DNA from: a virus
Lineage: Duplodnaviria > Caudoviricetes
IMG/VR virus record: IMGVR_UViG_3300048850_000151
Coordinates: 1-40,895 of that record
Strand: one strand, 5' to 3'
DNA: 40,895 bases
In this document: piece by piece, positions 16,310 to 27,084 of the stretch
Layout: every line of letters begins with the position of its first letter
Numbering within the stretch: the stretch's first letter is position 1
Notes under the pieces: model-generated
What the model saw: the letters and a program-made list of their open reading frames with translations, nothing else
What the model was told of the DNA's origin: nothing
Databases searched by the model: none
Translations under genes and position numbers: made by a program

Positions 16310-17662
16310 ATGGGAATGATGGACCGTGCTCGCGCTGCCGCGCGGGCGTTACGCGCGCCGGCAGCGTCCGCCAGTGCTGGCGATACTGGTTTCAGCAACG
16401 TGTCGATCGCGACCGGCGCGGAGATCGCCGGCGGCCAGATGTCGGCGGGCACCAATGAGCTGAACGACACAGGCGGAATGACCGTGCTGAACCTGCTCGG
16501 GGCGAAGCGCGGCAATGCGCCGATGAGCGAAAGTCGGGCGCTGAGCGTGCCGTCGGTGCTACGTGCGCTCGAGGTGCTGTGCGGCCTCTACGCGATGACG
16601 CCGTGCCACTATTACCGGCGCACGCCCGAAGGAAAGATCCGCGTCGACGACGCGCCCCAGGCACAGATGATGCTCACCAGCGCGAACGCGGTGCAGCCGG
16701 CGTTCCTGCTGAAAGAGCTGATGATGGGCGACCTGCTGATGCGCGGCCGCTTCGGCGCGTACATTCATCGCGACCAGCTCTACCGGCCCAAGGCGCTCAG
16801 CCGGTTGCTGCCGGACGCCATCGCCCCGGTCCAGCATTGGGACGAAACCGACGGGCTGGAGATGTTCTACGACGCGCAGCTGCCGGATGGGTCGCGCCGG
16901 CGCCTGACGCGCAACGAGATCTGGTACGTGCCCGGCTTCAGCCGGGATGGCCTGGTCGGTGTCAATCGCCTGCAGCTGCTCGCCGATGCGTTCGAGGGTG
17001 CTGCGGCCACCAACGAGTTTGCGGCTCGGTTCTGGGACAACAACGCGCAGCCCTCCACGGTGCTGACGACCAAGGCCAAGGTCGACCGCGAAGAGAAGCA
17101 GCGGATCCGCAACGACTGGCAGCAGCGCTTCTCCGGACCGCGCAACGCAGGCGCAACCGCGGTCCTCGATCAGGAGATGAAGGCCGAGTTCCTCTCCCAC
17201 AACAACAAGGACGCGCAGTACATCGAGACGCGCACCTTTTCCGTTGTGGAGGTGGCGCGCGCCTTCGGGGTTCCCCCGCACGTCCTGTTCGAGCTGAGCC
17301 GGGCGACCTTCACCAACATCGAGCACCAGAGCCTCGAACTCTACCTGCACTCGATGCTGGGGCATTTCGAGCGCGCGGCCGCGCACCTGAACCACCAGTT
17401 CGCCGAGCCGGGCCACTATTTCGAGTTCCTGCCCGAGGTGATGCTCAAGGCGGATCTGAAGAGCCGCTTCGAGGCGTACAAGATCGGCATCGATGCCGGC
17501 ATCCTGAATCCGGACGAAGCCCGGGACATGGAGAACCGCAACCGGCGTCCAGGCGGCGAGAAGTACCGTGTCGGCTCCGGCTCCACGATCGAGGGCCAAG
17601 CTCCCATCACCCCCGTCAATCGCCCGCCCGAGCCCGCGCGCGAGTCCGAGGAGGACGAATGA
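16310..17662 (+). CDS. HK97-family portal protein
   Basis: EVARAFGVPPHVL, ATFTNIEHQ, LKSRFEAY, GILNPDEARDMEN. Confidence 0.95.
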   Translation: MGMMDRARAAARALRAPAASASAGDTGFSNVSIATGAEIAGGQMSAGTNELNDTGGMTVLNLLGAKRGNAPMSESRALSVPSVLRALEVLCGLYAMTPCHYYRRTPEGKIRVDDAPQAQMMLTSANAVQPAFLLKELMMGDLLMRGRFGAYIHRDQLYRPKALSRLLPDAIAPVQHWDETDGLEMFYDAQLPDGSRRRLTRNEIWYVPGFSRDGLVGVNRLQLLADAFEGAAATNEFAARFWDNNAQPSTVLTTKAKVDREEKQRIRNDWQQRFSGPRNAGATAVLDQEMKAEFLSHNNKDAQYIETRTFSVVEVARAFGVPPHVLFELSRATFTNIEHQSLELYLHSMLGHFERAAAHLNHQFAEPGHYFEFLPEVMLKADLKSRFEAYKIGIDAGILNPDEARDMENRNRRPGGEKYRVGSGSTIEGQAPITPVNRPPEPARESEEDE

Positions 17663-18588
17663 ACCAGCATGTTCTGGCTGCGATCCGGTCGCAGCCCTGG
17701 GCGATCATGCCCGGCTATCTCGAGGCGATCGAAGCGATCGCGCTGCGCGTCCTCGACGACCCGGCCGTCCTGGCGCTGAAGGACGACGGGCACCAGGAGC
17801 GCCAGCTCTCCGCCGTCGCCGCGATGGGCGAGCGCGCGCCGGGTACGCGCAGGGCGATGCTTCGCGACGGGATCGGCATGCTGCCGCTGCTGGGCCCGGT
17901 GTTTCCGCGCTCGAACATCATGACGGAATATTCCGGCGCCGCGTCACTCGACATCGCTGCGGCCGATCTGCGCGCGCTGCAGGCGTCGCCTGACGTCCGC
18001 CAGATCCTGATGGTGATCGACAGCCCGGGCGGCGCGGTCGCTCAGGTCAACGACTTCGCGCGCCTGGTCGCGGCTTCACCCAAGCCGATCTCGGTGCACG
18101 TGACCGGCCTGTGCTGCTCGGCCGCCTACTGGATCGGCAGCTCGGCCGCCGGCGGTATCAGCCTGGACCCGACCGGGGTTGTGGGCTCGATCGGCGTGCT
18201 GATCTCCACCTCCTACCAGGTCGATCCCGACGCCAACGGCCGCCGCGACCTCGAGATCGCCAGCACGAACGCGCCCAACAAGCGCCCGGACCTGTCGACG
18301 CCCGAGGGGCAGGCGGTGGTCCGGAGCATGCTCGACGGCATCGAGGACATCTTCATCCAGACTGTGGCCCGCGGCCGTGGCGTGACCGAAGCGACGGTGC
18401 GCAACGAGTTCGGCAAGGGCGGCACCCTCACCGGAAAGGCGGCCAAGGCTGCCGGCATGGTCGACCGGATCGAGGCCGACGGCCTCGACGGTGCGATCCG
18501 CCGGCTCGCCAAGGCCGGACCGGCAACGCCACGGCGGACGGCCGCGGCGAATACCCTGACGCTCGCGCAGATCCGCGCGGGCGCATAA
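17659..18588 (+). CDS. S49 (SppA-type) prohead protease
   Basis: IDSPGGAV, CCSAAYWIGS, VGSIGV; ATGA overlap with the portal gene. Confidence 0.92.
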   Translation: MNQHVLAAIRSQPWAIMPGYLEAIEAIALRVLDDPAVLALKDDGHQERQLSAVAAMGERAPGTRRAMLRDGIGMLPLLGPVFPRSNIMTEYSGAASLDIAAADLRALQASPDVRQILMVIDSPGGAVAQVNDFARLVAASPKPISVHVTGLCCSAAYWIGSSAAGGISLDPTGVVGSIGVLISTSYQVDPDANGRRDLEIASTNAPNKRPDLSTPEGQAVVRSMLDGIEDIFIQTVARGRGVTEATVRNEFGKGGTLTGKAAKAAGMVDRIEADGLDGAIRRLAKAGPATPRRTAAANTLTLAQIRAGA

Positions 18589-18607
18589 CCACCAAGGAGA
18601 CGTGTCC

Positions 18608-19921
18608 ATGCGCATCACCGCGCTCAAGACCAACCTGGCGGCCGTCGTCGCAGATATGGACGGCTTGCTCGAAGCAGCCGCCAACGACAACGGCCGCGAC
18701 CTGACCGCCGAGGAGCAGGCGACCTTCGACGCGAAGACGGAAGAGGCGAAGGGCCTGCAGGCCAAGATCGCCAAGGAAGAGCAGCTGCTCGCCCTCAAGT
18801 CGTCGGCCGCTACCCCGGTGACCGTGCCCGGCAACACCGCCGCCGCTTCGCAGCCGGGCACCGTGCCGGCCGCCGTGGCTGAGAAGATGGATCCTGGCGT
18901 CATGGTCGGCCGCGTGGCGATCGCGATCGCCGCGACCGGCGGCCAGGACCAGCGCGCGATGGCGGCCCATGCGCAGGGCATCTGGGGCGACCAGACCGGT
19001 CAGATCGTCGCCAACATGGAGCAGTCGACCGCCACCAAGGGCGGTTATCTGGTCGACACGGCGTACAGCCAGGACTTCATCGAGCTGCTGCGGCCGCAGG
19101 TGACCATCCGCAAGATGGGCGCCCGTTCGGTGCCGATGCCGGACGGCAACCTCACCATGCGCAAGCAGACCGGCACGAGCCAGGCCGGCTATGTCGGCGA
19201 GCGCGAACCGGCGCCGACGACCGGCTTCCCGGTCGGCCAGGTGAAGATGTCGGCCAAGACGCTGCGCGCTATCGTGCCGATCACGAACCAGCTGATCCGC
19301 CGCGCGTCGTTCGGTGTCGATGCGATGGTGCGTGACGACCTGGTCACCAGCGCCGCGATCAAGGAAGACCAGCAGTTCACCCGCGGCACCGGATCGGACC
19401 TGACGCCGGCGGGCCTGCGCTCGCTGATCCCGGCCTCGCACGTGCTCACGGTAGGTGCGGACTCAAAGCTCGAGACCGTCACCTCCGATCTGGCCCGCCT
19501 GCGGCTGAAGGTGGTGAATTCCAACGTGCCGATGGCGAAGTGCGGCTACATCATGAGCCCCACCGTCGCGATGTTCCTGGAGAGCTTGCGCGACGCCAAC
19601 GGCAACAAGGCGTTCCCGGAGGTCGAACAGGGCCGCCTCGGCATCTACCCGATCGGCCTCACCACGTCGGTGCCGGACAACCTCGGGGAGGCTGGCGACG
19701 AGTCGGAAATCTACTTCGGCGACTTCCAGCAGTTCCTGATCGGCGACACCTACCAGGTGACGCTCGCTGCCTCGACCGAGGCTGCCTACGTTGAGGACGG
19801 CGAGATCAAGTCGGCGTTCGCGCAGGACGAGACGCTTATCCGTCTGATCCAGGAGCACGACACGCAGCTGCGCCACGACACCGCGTTCGCGGTGCTGACC
19901 GGCGTGAAGTGGAAGCCGTAA
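18608..19921 (+). CDS. Major capsid protein, HK97 fold with N-terminal delta domain
   Basis: AAGGAG RBS; coiled-coil N-terminus, GGYLV, FIELLR, IYFGDF. Confidence 0.95.
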   Translation: MRITALKTNLAAVVADMDGLLEAAANDNGRDLTAEEQATFDAKTEEAKGLQAKIAKEEQLLALKSSAATPVTVPGNTAAASQPGTVPAAVAEKMDPGVMVGRVAIAIAATGGQDQRAMAAHAQGIWGDQTGQIVANMEQSTATKGGYLVDTAYSQDFIELLRPQVTIRKMGARSVPMPDGNLTMRKQTGTSQAGYVGEREPAPTTGFPVGQVKMSAKTLRAIVPITNQLIRRASFGVDAMVRDDLVTSAAIKEDQQFTRGTGSDLTPAGLRSLIPASHVLTVGADSKLETVTSDLARLRLKVVNSNVPMAKCGYIMSPTVAMFLESLRDANGNKAFPEVEQGRLGIYPIGLTTSVPDNLGEAGDESEIYFGDFQQFLIGDTYQVTLAASTEAAYVEDGEIKSAFAQDETLIRLIQEHDTQLRHDTAFAVLTGVKWKP

Positions 19922-19950
19922 CCGGCTCCGCCACCCACCACCGTCAACAT

Positions 19951-19980
19951 GCGAGGGGCGTCCTGCGGGGCGCCCTTCGC
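19951..19980 (+). terminator. Stem-loop after the capsid gene
   Basis: GCGAGGGGCGTCC-tgcg-GGGCGCCCTTCGC; no U-tract, so possibly an mRNA stabiliser. Confidence 0.4.
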
Positions 19981-19997
19981 GCATCTGGAGAGCCGCA

Positions 19998-20150
19998 ATG
20001 GCCGTGAAGTTCCTCCGCCAGTGCCAGCAGGGCACCCTCTACAACAAGGGCGAGGTCGCCTCGTTCGACGCCGAGACCGAAAAGCGCCTGGTCGACCAGA
20101 AGTTCGCCGAGACCGTGAAGGCGAAGCCGGCAGAGAAGCCCGCCGCGTGA
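19998..20150 (+). CDS. Small virion-associated protein (50 aa, not in the ORF track)
   Basis: GGAG RBS; MAVKFLRQCQQGTLYNKGEVASFDAETEKRLV...; typical post-capsid position. Confidence 0.65.
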   Translation: MAVKFLRQCQQGTLYNKGEVASFDAETEKRLVDQKFAETVKAKPAEKPAA

Positions 20151-20211
20151 TCCTGTCCGGGTCGGCCCAGCGCCGGCCCGGGCTCTTCCCCAACGCCGAT
20201 GGAGGTGCGCC

Positions 20212-20508
20212 ATGCTTCTGGTGACGATCGACGCTGCGAAAGAGCATCTAAAGCTCGACGACGGCGAGGCAGATGATGCCCGTCTCGAGAGCCTGATCCT
20301 TGCGGCCCAGGCGACGATCGAGGACGAACTCGGCCGACCCCTGATCGGAGAAGGCGGGTGGCAGGATGCCGCCGCAGTCCCGGCAAACGTGATCCACGCG
20401 ATCAAGTTGGTGCTGGGCGAGTTCTTCCTCAGCCGCGAGCTGGGGCAGATCGACCTTGGCGTCGTGCGCGTCCTGGTCGGCCGCCACATGCGCGTCAGCG
20501 TCGGCTGA
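20212..20508 (+). CDS. Head-tail connector (gp6-like)
   Basis: VTIDAAKEHLKLD...VPANVIHAIKLVLG. Confidence 0.88.
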   Translation: MLLVTIDAAKEHLKLDDGEADDARLESLILAAQATIEDELGRPLIGEGGWQDAAAVPANVIHAIKLVLGEFFLSRELGQIDLGVVRVLVGRHMRVSVG

Positions 20509-20858
20509 TGGCCGCGAAGAAGCGCCTCGGCGCCGGCAGATTGCGACATCGCATCGAGATCCGCCGGCGCTCGCGGGAGAAGGACGGCAAAGGCGGCTAC
20601 ACGGACGTCTGGACGTCGATCGCGAAGCCCTGGGCCGAAGTCGTCAGCCTCGATGGCAAGGAAGGCATGGCCGAGCACGTGCTGCAGGGCGCGTCGAGCT
20701 ACCGGATCCGGATCCGTCACCGCGAAGGGATCAACACCAACGACCAGGTGCGCCACGGCGCCCTCGAGCTGAACATTACGTCGGCCGTGGATCCGGACGG
20801 AATGCGCGAACAGCTGGTGATCCTCGCCACGACGGCCGCGGCGGTGAAAGCCGGCTGA
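20508..20858 (+). CDS. Head closure / head-tail adaptor
   Basis: AGRLRHRIEI, W..IAKPWAEV, YRIRIRHREGI. Confidence 0.88.
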   Translation: MAAKKRLGAGRLRHRIEIRRRSREKDGKGGYTDVWTSIAKPWAEVVSLDGKEGMAEHVLQGASSYRIRIRHREGINTNDQVRHGALELNITSAVDPDGMREQLVILATTAAAVKAG

Positions 20859-21430
20859 TGGCTGGCCGGAAATCCCGCGTCGAAGGGCTGCTGGAAGCGC
20901 AGGCCCTCTTCGAAGCGCTGCCCACGGCCGCGCACGAAGAGCTTGCCGTCGAGATGGGGATCCTCGGCCGCGAGATCCTCGCGGCGCAGAAGAACGACGT
21001 CGCCAAGGATACCGGCGCGACGGAGGCCTCCCTCTCGCTGCGGCTGCTGCTGAGCAAGCTCAAGCTGCAGGTCGGCGCGCTGAGCGGCGCCAACTATCGA
21101 GGCACCCGCAAGCTCGATGGCCTGGTCCCCCGGCTGATCGAACATGGTCGGGACGGCCAGACGGTCGTCGTTACCCGGCGGGTCAAGAAGCGGCGGGTCA
21201 CCGGCAACGGCAAGACCAGCACGCGCAAGGTCCAGTACCTGGGCGCGAGCAATCGGCTCCGCCGCCGGGGCCCCAACGCGGGCACGCCGATCGGCAGCCC
21301 CTACAAGATGCGCGTGAAGGCGCAGGGCGCCCGCCCGTTCGTGGCGCAGCCGCTGCTGCAGGAAGTCGCCGAGGCGCACCTGTCGGAATTCTGGAGCCAG
21401 GCGCTCACGCGGGCGGGGAGCAAGCCATGA
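20858..21430 (+). CDS. HK97 gp10-like tail completion protein
   Basis: KDTGA, LIEHG, GARPF; position; TGATG coupling. Confidence 0.7.
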   Translation: MAGRKSRVEGLLEAQALFEALPTAAHEELAVEMGILGREILAAQKNDVAKDTGATEASLSLRLLLSKLKLQVGALSGANYRGTRKLDGLVPRLIEHGRDGQTVVVTRRVKKRRVTGNGKTSTRKVQYLGASNRLRRRGPNAGTPIGSPYKMRVKAQGARPFVAQPLLQEVAEAHLSEFWSQALTRAGSKP

Positions 21431-21849
21431 GCGACGTCGTCGACCTCCTCTCGGCCACGTCGGACGGCGTGTTTGCGCTCCTCGACGCGGCGATCGGCAG
21501 CGACGCCGTCGAGGTGACCACCGAAACGCCGCAGCTCGAGCCGGGCGACACGACGGAGCGGCAGTTCGTCCTGATCGGCGACATCGATGTCGGCAACGAC
21601 GGCGGCAAGGGCGAGCAGGCCGAGCGCATCACCGTCCAGGTGGTCGTGATCTATCGCGGCACGCAGCGGTCCAAGCTGCACGCCCTGATGCACCAGGTGC
21701 GCGTCGCGCTCGAGGACCAGGTGCCGGCGATCGCCGGCGTCCAGTTCGGCTCGATCGACTGGGCGGGAGGCGCCTCGAGCCCCTCCGCCCGGGACGGCAT
21801 CACCTACGCCGGCATCCAAGAATTCGAAGTCAACGCAGAGCCGGCGTGA
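21427..21849 (+). CDS. Tail terminator (DUF3168-like)
   Basis: FVLIGDI, ITVQVVV, QVRVALE; immediately before the major tail gene. Confidence 0.7.
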   Translation: MSDVVDLLSATSDGVFALLDAAIGSDAVEVTTETPQLEPGDTTERQFVLIGDIDVGNDGGKGEQAERITVQVVVIYRGTQRSKLHALMHQVRVALEDQVPAIAGVQFGSIDWAGGASSPSARDGITYAGIQEFEVNAEPA

Positions 21850-21868
21850 GCCGGAAGAAGGAGCACCC

Positions 21869-22297
21869 ATGGCAAACGAACAAGGCAAGGACTGGCGCGT
21901 CCACATCAAGAGCGGCGCCAGCGCATTCATCCCGATCGGCGGCGAAACGTCCTTCGACTGGGCACGGTCGAGCGCCGAGCAGGACCAGAGCGACAAGGAC
22001 AGCGGCGTCTATGGCGCCACGACGTACGGCCAGCAGAAGATCAGCTTCAAGGTGGCAGGCAACCTCAAGCTGCCCGACGCCGGCTTCACGGCGGCCGAGG
22101 CGGCTTCGAAGCTCTCGCCGCCCGAGATCGAGGTTCAGATCAAGCGCGGCAACGTCATCAAGTTCCAGGGCATGATCGCCATCGGCAACTTCTCGGCGAG
22201 CTTCCCGAAGGATGGTCCGGCGACCTATTCGATGGACATGGCCAATGCGGCGGCGCCGACGATCGACAACCTGTCGGCCGTCGCGCCCGCCGCATGA
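21869..22297 (+). CDS. Major tail tube protein
   Basis: GKDWRV, DQSDKDSG, ATYSMDM; AAGGAG RBS. Confidence 0.8.
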   Translation: MANEQGKDWRVHIKSGASAFIPIGGETSFDWARSSAEQDQSDKDSGVYGATTYGQQKISFKVAGNLKLPDAGFTAAEAASKLSPPEIEVQIKRGNVIKFQGMIAIGNFSASFPKDGPATYSMDMANAAAPTIDNLSAVAPAA

Positions 22298-22665
22298 GCG
22301 GCGCCAATCCCGAGCGGGGCGAGCACGAACTCGCCCTCGCCGGGGTGAAGTACCGGCTGCGGCCGTCGTTCGATGCGGTCCGCGCGATCGAGGCCAAGAC
22401 CGAACCCCTGATGATCCTGGTGCAGCTGGCCAATCGGTTCCAGCTGACCCTCGACCAGCTGGGCGTCGTCGCTTGCGAGTTCATCCGCGCCGGCGCCGAG
22501 GAGAACGACCACGCGAGCAAGGCGGTCGCTCCGGAGCGGCTCGCCGAGCTGATCTACGAGGAAGGCGCCACCCTGGTGACCGCCCGCCTGACCGTGTGCC
22601 TCGCAGATGCAGCGTCGGGCGGGCGCAAGGCATCGGGGGAAGCGAAGGCGGTAGCGGGGAGCTGA
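22294..22665 (+). CDS. Tail assembly chaperone (G-like, GTA gp10 family)
   Basis: ANPERGEHELALAGVKYRLRPSFDAVRAIE. Confidence 0.8.
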   Translation: MSGANPERGEHELALAGVKYRLRPSFDAVRAIEAKTEPLMILVQLANRFQLTLDQLGVVACEFIRAGAEENDHASKAVAPERLAELIYEEGATLVTARLTVCLADAASGGRKASGEAKAVAGS

Positions 22666-22808
22666 GCTTCCCCTACCGCCGCCTGATGGGGCTCGCGTCG
22701 GACGCCTTCGGGTGGACGATCGAGCAATTCTGGCGATCGACGCCCCACGAGTGGTGGGCGTTGATCGAAGCGCGACAGGAGGCCGTGAAGGCCCAGTCGC
22801 GGATCTAA
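22635..22808 (+). CDS. Tail assembly chaperone GT extension, probably by programmed -1 frameshift
   Basis: G-GGG-GAA at 22635-22641; the -1 frame reads ..LMGLASDAFGWTIEQFWRSTPHEW. Confidence 0.7.
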   Translation, partial: GGSEGGSGELSFPYRRLMGLASDAFGWTIEQFWRSTPHEWWALIEARQEAVKAQSRI

Positions 22809-22823
22809 TCGACGGAGGCGCTT

Positions 22824-25800
22824 ATGGCCGCACGCAACAGCGCGCGCCGGGACCTGTTCCTGCAGGTCTCGGGCTCCGTCGATCCGCTCAAGGCGATCCT
22901 GAAGTCCGGCAGCTCGGCACTGGTCGAGTTCAAGGGCGACGCGGAAAAGCAGCTCGACGCCGTCGAGAAGTCGCTGCGCGAGATCGGCGGCGCCGGCTCC
23001 GGCGATGCCGCAAAGCAGATCGCCTCGAATTACAACGCGGCGTTCCGCGAGATCCGGCGCAATGCCCAGGAAGTGGCCGGCGCCGGCAACGGCAGCGACG
23101 CCCTGCTGATCGTCAACGCACGGGCAGCGCGCGACGCGGCGCTGGCGGCCGAACAGCGCGCGGCCGCGCTTCGCGTCGTCGCGGAAGCGGCCCGGGCGGA
23201 GGCTGTCGCGCAGGGCGGCACCAATGCCGTCCTGGTCCAGTACGCGGCCGCGGCGATGGCGGCCGAAAAAGAGACCACCGACTACGCGATCGCGCTTCGC
23301 AACCAGGCGAACACGCTGACCGCGGTCGAGGGCAGGATGGGCGCGCTGGTGCCCGCCGGCGAGAACATCACGAAGATGAGCGGCCAGGCACGCGCCGGCA
23401 TGCAGCAGCTCAGCTACCAGCTGGGCGACGTCGCCACGCAGTGGTCGATGAACACTCCGCTCGCCGTCATCTTCGCGCAGCAAATCGGGCAGGTGACCCA
23501 AGCGATCGGGCTCGTCGCAGGCGAGGCCAAGGGCTTCATCGGCTTCATGGGGGCCCCTGGGGCATGGCGATCGCCGCGGCCCTGGTCGTGATGACGCCGC
23601 TGGTCGCCAAGCTGCTCGAGGGCGGCGACGCGCTCAAAAAGGAAGTCGACGAACTCAAGAACAACGCCCAGGCTGCGGCGCTGGCCGACGAGGCGAAGAA
23701 GGCGTTCGCCAAGACCGAAGCCGGGATCATCGACGACGTCTGCAAGCTGACGGAGGAGATCGATCGCCAGAACGATTCGCTGCGGACCAATGCCGAGCGG
23801 CTGAACGCCCGCGCCAACAAGGACCTGGACGATCTGCGCGACAAGCGCGCGCCGGCGGCCGAGAAGGTCGCCACGGCGCAGGCGAACCTGGCGGAAGCCA
23901 AGCGGGGCGGCCCAGGGCAGGGGCTTGCGAGCCTCACCTACGCCCAGCGGCAGTATGATCGGTTCAAGGCCGAGCTGGACGCGATCGACAAGGGGATCGT
24001 CGCAGCCGAGCGGGCCCTGGCCAAAAGTCGGGCCGGCCTGGCCGTCGAGCAGTCGGCCGCCGACGTCAAAGCCTTGGCCACGCCGCAAGGGCGGCTCGAT
24101 CGCGACTTCGCCGACGCGAAAGAGAAGCTGCAGCTCGAGTACACGCAGAAGATCGTCGTGGCGAAGACCGACCTCAACAAGCAGCAGGCGCTCACCAACG
24201 AGCTGACGCGCAAGCAGCTGGCGCTGCAGACGAAGTACGATGCCGACACCGCGGCCGAGCAGAAGCGGCAGTCGGCTGCCCGGGCCGCCTCGAGCGGCTC
24301 GCTCACGCCCGCGGCCGTCGGCAAGATGCTGCAGGAGCAGTTCGGCGGCACCGTCACCTCCACCACCGGCGGCAAGCACACCAAGAACAGCTTCCACTAT
24401 CGCGGCCAGGCGCTCGATTGGGTGCCGGCCGGCGGCATGGGGAAGGTCAGCAAGCAGGAGATCCGCAGCTACCTCGAGGGGCAGGGGATCGACATCAAGG
24501 AGCTGCTCGGGCCCGGCGACAAGGATCACAACGACCACTTCCACGTCGCATTCTCGAAGACCCAGCGCGGGCAGGACGCGGTCGACCAGGACCGGGTGCG
24601 CCGCGATCAGGCGGAGGCGAGCCGGGAGCAGGCCTATGCCAACCAGCTGCGCTCGGCCCAGGACGACTTCTACCAGGCTCAGGTGGCGCTGGCCGCCGGC
24701 GCCGAGCAGCGCGTCGAGATCCAGATCGAGCAGCTGCAGGCGGCAAAGGTCCAGCGCGACCAGGCTCTCGACGCCCAGGTGAAGGCCGGCAAGCTCGAGG
24801 TCGCGGAAGCCGAGAAGCTGAAGACGCTGAACGCTCAGACGCTGCTGGCGCGCGAGATCGTCGCCTACCGCGAGGACGAGAAGCGCAAGGAGAGAAAGCG
24901 GCAGGAGCTGCTCGACCAGGCACTGGAAGTGGGTCGGGCCGAGCAGGACCGGCAGCGGTCACTCCTCGAGCTGCAGGGCCAGTACGCGACCACCCTCGCG
25001 CAGCGCCGGAACAACGCGCAGGAGCTGCTCGACATCGAGCTTCAGCAGCGCCGGGATCTGGCGAAGCGGAAGACGCAGAGCACGGACGAGGGCACCCGCG
25101 CCGACGGTGCGCGGGATCTGGAGCAGATCGACCAGGAGGAGCCGCTTCTGCGCGACCAGGTCGATCGCGAATATGCCGGACCGCTGGACCAGTACCGGGA
25201 GCAGCTGAAGGCCGCGACCGACGACATGGGCACGGCGCTGGAAGACGTAGCGGTCCGCGGCTTCGGCGCCCTTGAGGATGCGGGCTCGCGCGAGATCGCA
25301 AACCTGCTCAAGATCAAAGGCGCGTTCGGCGAGTTCGCGTCGAGCGTTATCGCGGACCTTGCCCGCATCGCGATCCAGAAGGCGATCGTCGGGACGATCG
25401 GCGGCGGCTTCTTCGGCCTGAAGACCGGCGGCAAGATCGAGAAGCGCGCCGACGGCGGCAAGATCTCGGGCCCGGGCACGGGCACGTCGGACAGCATCTT
25501 CGCCCTGATCGACGGCAAGGATCCGCTGCTGGTGTCGAACGGCGAGTCGGTGGTCACCGCCGAGGCGACCCGGCGCTACTGGCCGATCATCGATGCGATG
25601 AACAAGGGCAGGTTCCCCGGCCTCGCGACCGGCGGGATGATCGGCTCGTCTGTGCCCCGCATGGCGGATTTCAGTTCGGTCACACCGCAGTCGGTCACCC
25701 GGCCGATGGGCCCCGGCCGAATGCAGCTCGATGCCAACGTCCGGATCGATGCCGGTCCGGAGTTCGACGCCAGAATGGAAAGCGTCTCGCTGCGCACGGT

Positions 25801-25891
25801 CGCCGCGACGGCCGAGCCGATCATGGCCGGCGCCGAGGCGCGCGTGCGCCGGCGCCTGGCGCGACCGGATCTACCAGGAGGGTTCGGCTGA
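22824..25891 (+). pseudogene. Tape measure protein split by a 1-nt frameshift (or a sequencing error)
   Basis: ORF 22824-23591 (..QQLSYQLGDVA..GFMG) continues in the -1 frame (GPWGMAIAAA..GPGTGTSDSI..SNGE); adding one G in G5 at 23549-23553 restores FMGGPWG. Confidence 0.85.
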
Positions 25892-26484
25892 TGATGATTT
25901 CGATGCCGGCTCGGCCGGTACCCGCGAAGATCCGGTGGGACATCGATCAGCCTGCCCAGGTCAACCGGGGCGAGTGGACCGGCAAGCGCCGGGTGACGCT
26001 GCTCTCGGCTGCCCCGCGGCTCTACGCCTCGGTGACCATGCCGGCGATCATCGGCGAGGACCGCGTGCTCGACTGGCGCGCCTTCGTGGTCGACTGCGAC
26101 GGCGTCGCCAACAAGTTCCCGCTGATCGCGTGCGAGCGCCCCCAGCTTGCCGGCGACCCGAAGATCACGGTCGATGGGGCAGGGCAGACCGGGCACGCGC
26201 TCAAGACCAAGGGCTGGGGCTCAGCCGGGGCCAAGTTGCGCCGCGGACAGTTCGCCACCGTTGGCGAGCAGCTGCTGATCCTGATGGCTGACGTCGTCGC
26301 GGATGCCGAGGGCAAGGCCGAGCTGCGCTTCAAGCCGTACCTCCGCGTCGTCCCGACCGATGGCGAGCCGGTCGCGGTGCGCCGCCCCTATGCTGTGGTG
26401 TCGATGTCCGACCCAAAGAATGGGTGGGCGGTCGACGTCGGCCAGAACTACGACATCACCTTCGCCTGCGAGGAAGCGTTTTGA
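25891..26484 (+). CDS. Distal tail-like protein
   Basis: Directly follows the TMP; beta-rich; ends FACEEAF. Confidence 0.7.
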   Translation: MMISMPARPVPAKIRWDIDQPAQVNRGEWTGKRRVTLLSAAPRLYASVTMPAIIGEDRVLDWRAFVVDCDGVANKFPLIACERPQLAGDPKITVDGAGQTGHALKTKGWGSAGAKLRRGQFATVGEQLLILMADVVADAEGKAELRFKPYLRVVPTDGEPVAVRRPYAVVSMSDPKNGWAVDVGQNYDITFACEEAF

Positions 26485-27074
26485 TCGACAACCGTCCTGA
26501 CGCCGCCGCCCAGGCGGCGCTGGCGGCCGACGTGCGCCGGCCGGTGACCTTTGCGTTCCTGGACCTGGCCTCGGGGCCGATCCGCGTCACCAACGCCCCC
26601 TACAGCTTCTCCTTCAGCGGCACCGGCGACGAGGACCTGGACGGCTTCACGTTCGAGGCCCTGGATCCGCGCTTCGTCTCGGTGGGCCCGGTGAAGGCGC
26701 GGGAAGGCGGCTCCGACACGCTGACGCTGCAGCTCTCCGGTCTCGCCGGCGTCGACGACGACGTGATGTCGGAGATCGGCGACCGCGCCAACTATTCCGG
26801 CCGGGATTGCCGGCTGTGGCGGGCCATGCTCGATCCGCAGGATCTGACGCAGATCGGCGCGCTGTGGTCCTACTTCACCGGCTATATGTCGGTGCCGCAT
26901 ATCCAGGGCGATCGGCAGAACCAGACGATCAACCTGGAAGTCGAGACGTATCTCGCCTTCTTCGGCCAGGCGTCGAACCGCACCTATCTCGACCAGCAGC
27001 TTTTCGACCCGGGCGACCGCTCGGCCGAACTCGCGATCGCGATCGCCAACGGCGCAGCACGCCGCCGAACCTGA
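26481..27074 (+). CDS. Minor tail/baseplate hub-associated protein
   Basis: TTG at 26481 overlapping the previous stop; LTLQLSGL, YLDQQLFDPGDR. Confidence 0.7.
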   Translation: MIDNRPDAAAQAALAADVRRPVTFAFLDLASGPIRVTNAPYSFSFSGTGDEDLDGFTFEALDPRFVSVGPVKAREGGSDTLTLQLSGLAGVDDDVMSEIGDRANYSGRDCRLWRAMLDPQDLTQIGALWSYFTGYMSVPHIQGDRQNQTINLEVETYLAFFGQASNRTYLDQQLFDPGDRSAELAIAIANGAARRRT

Positions 27075-27084
27075 CGGAGCGACC

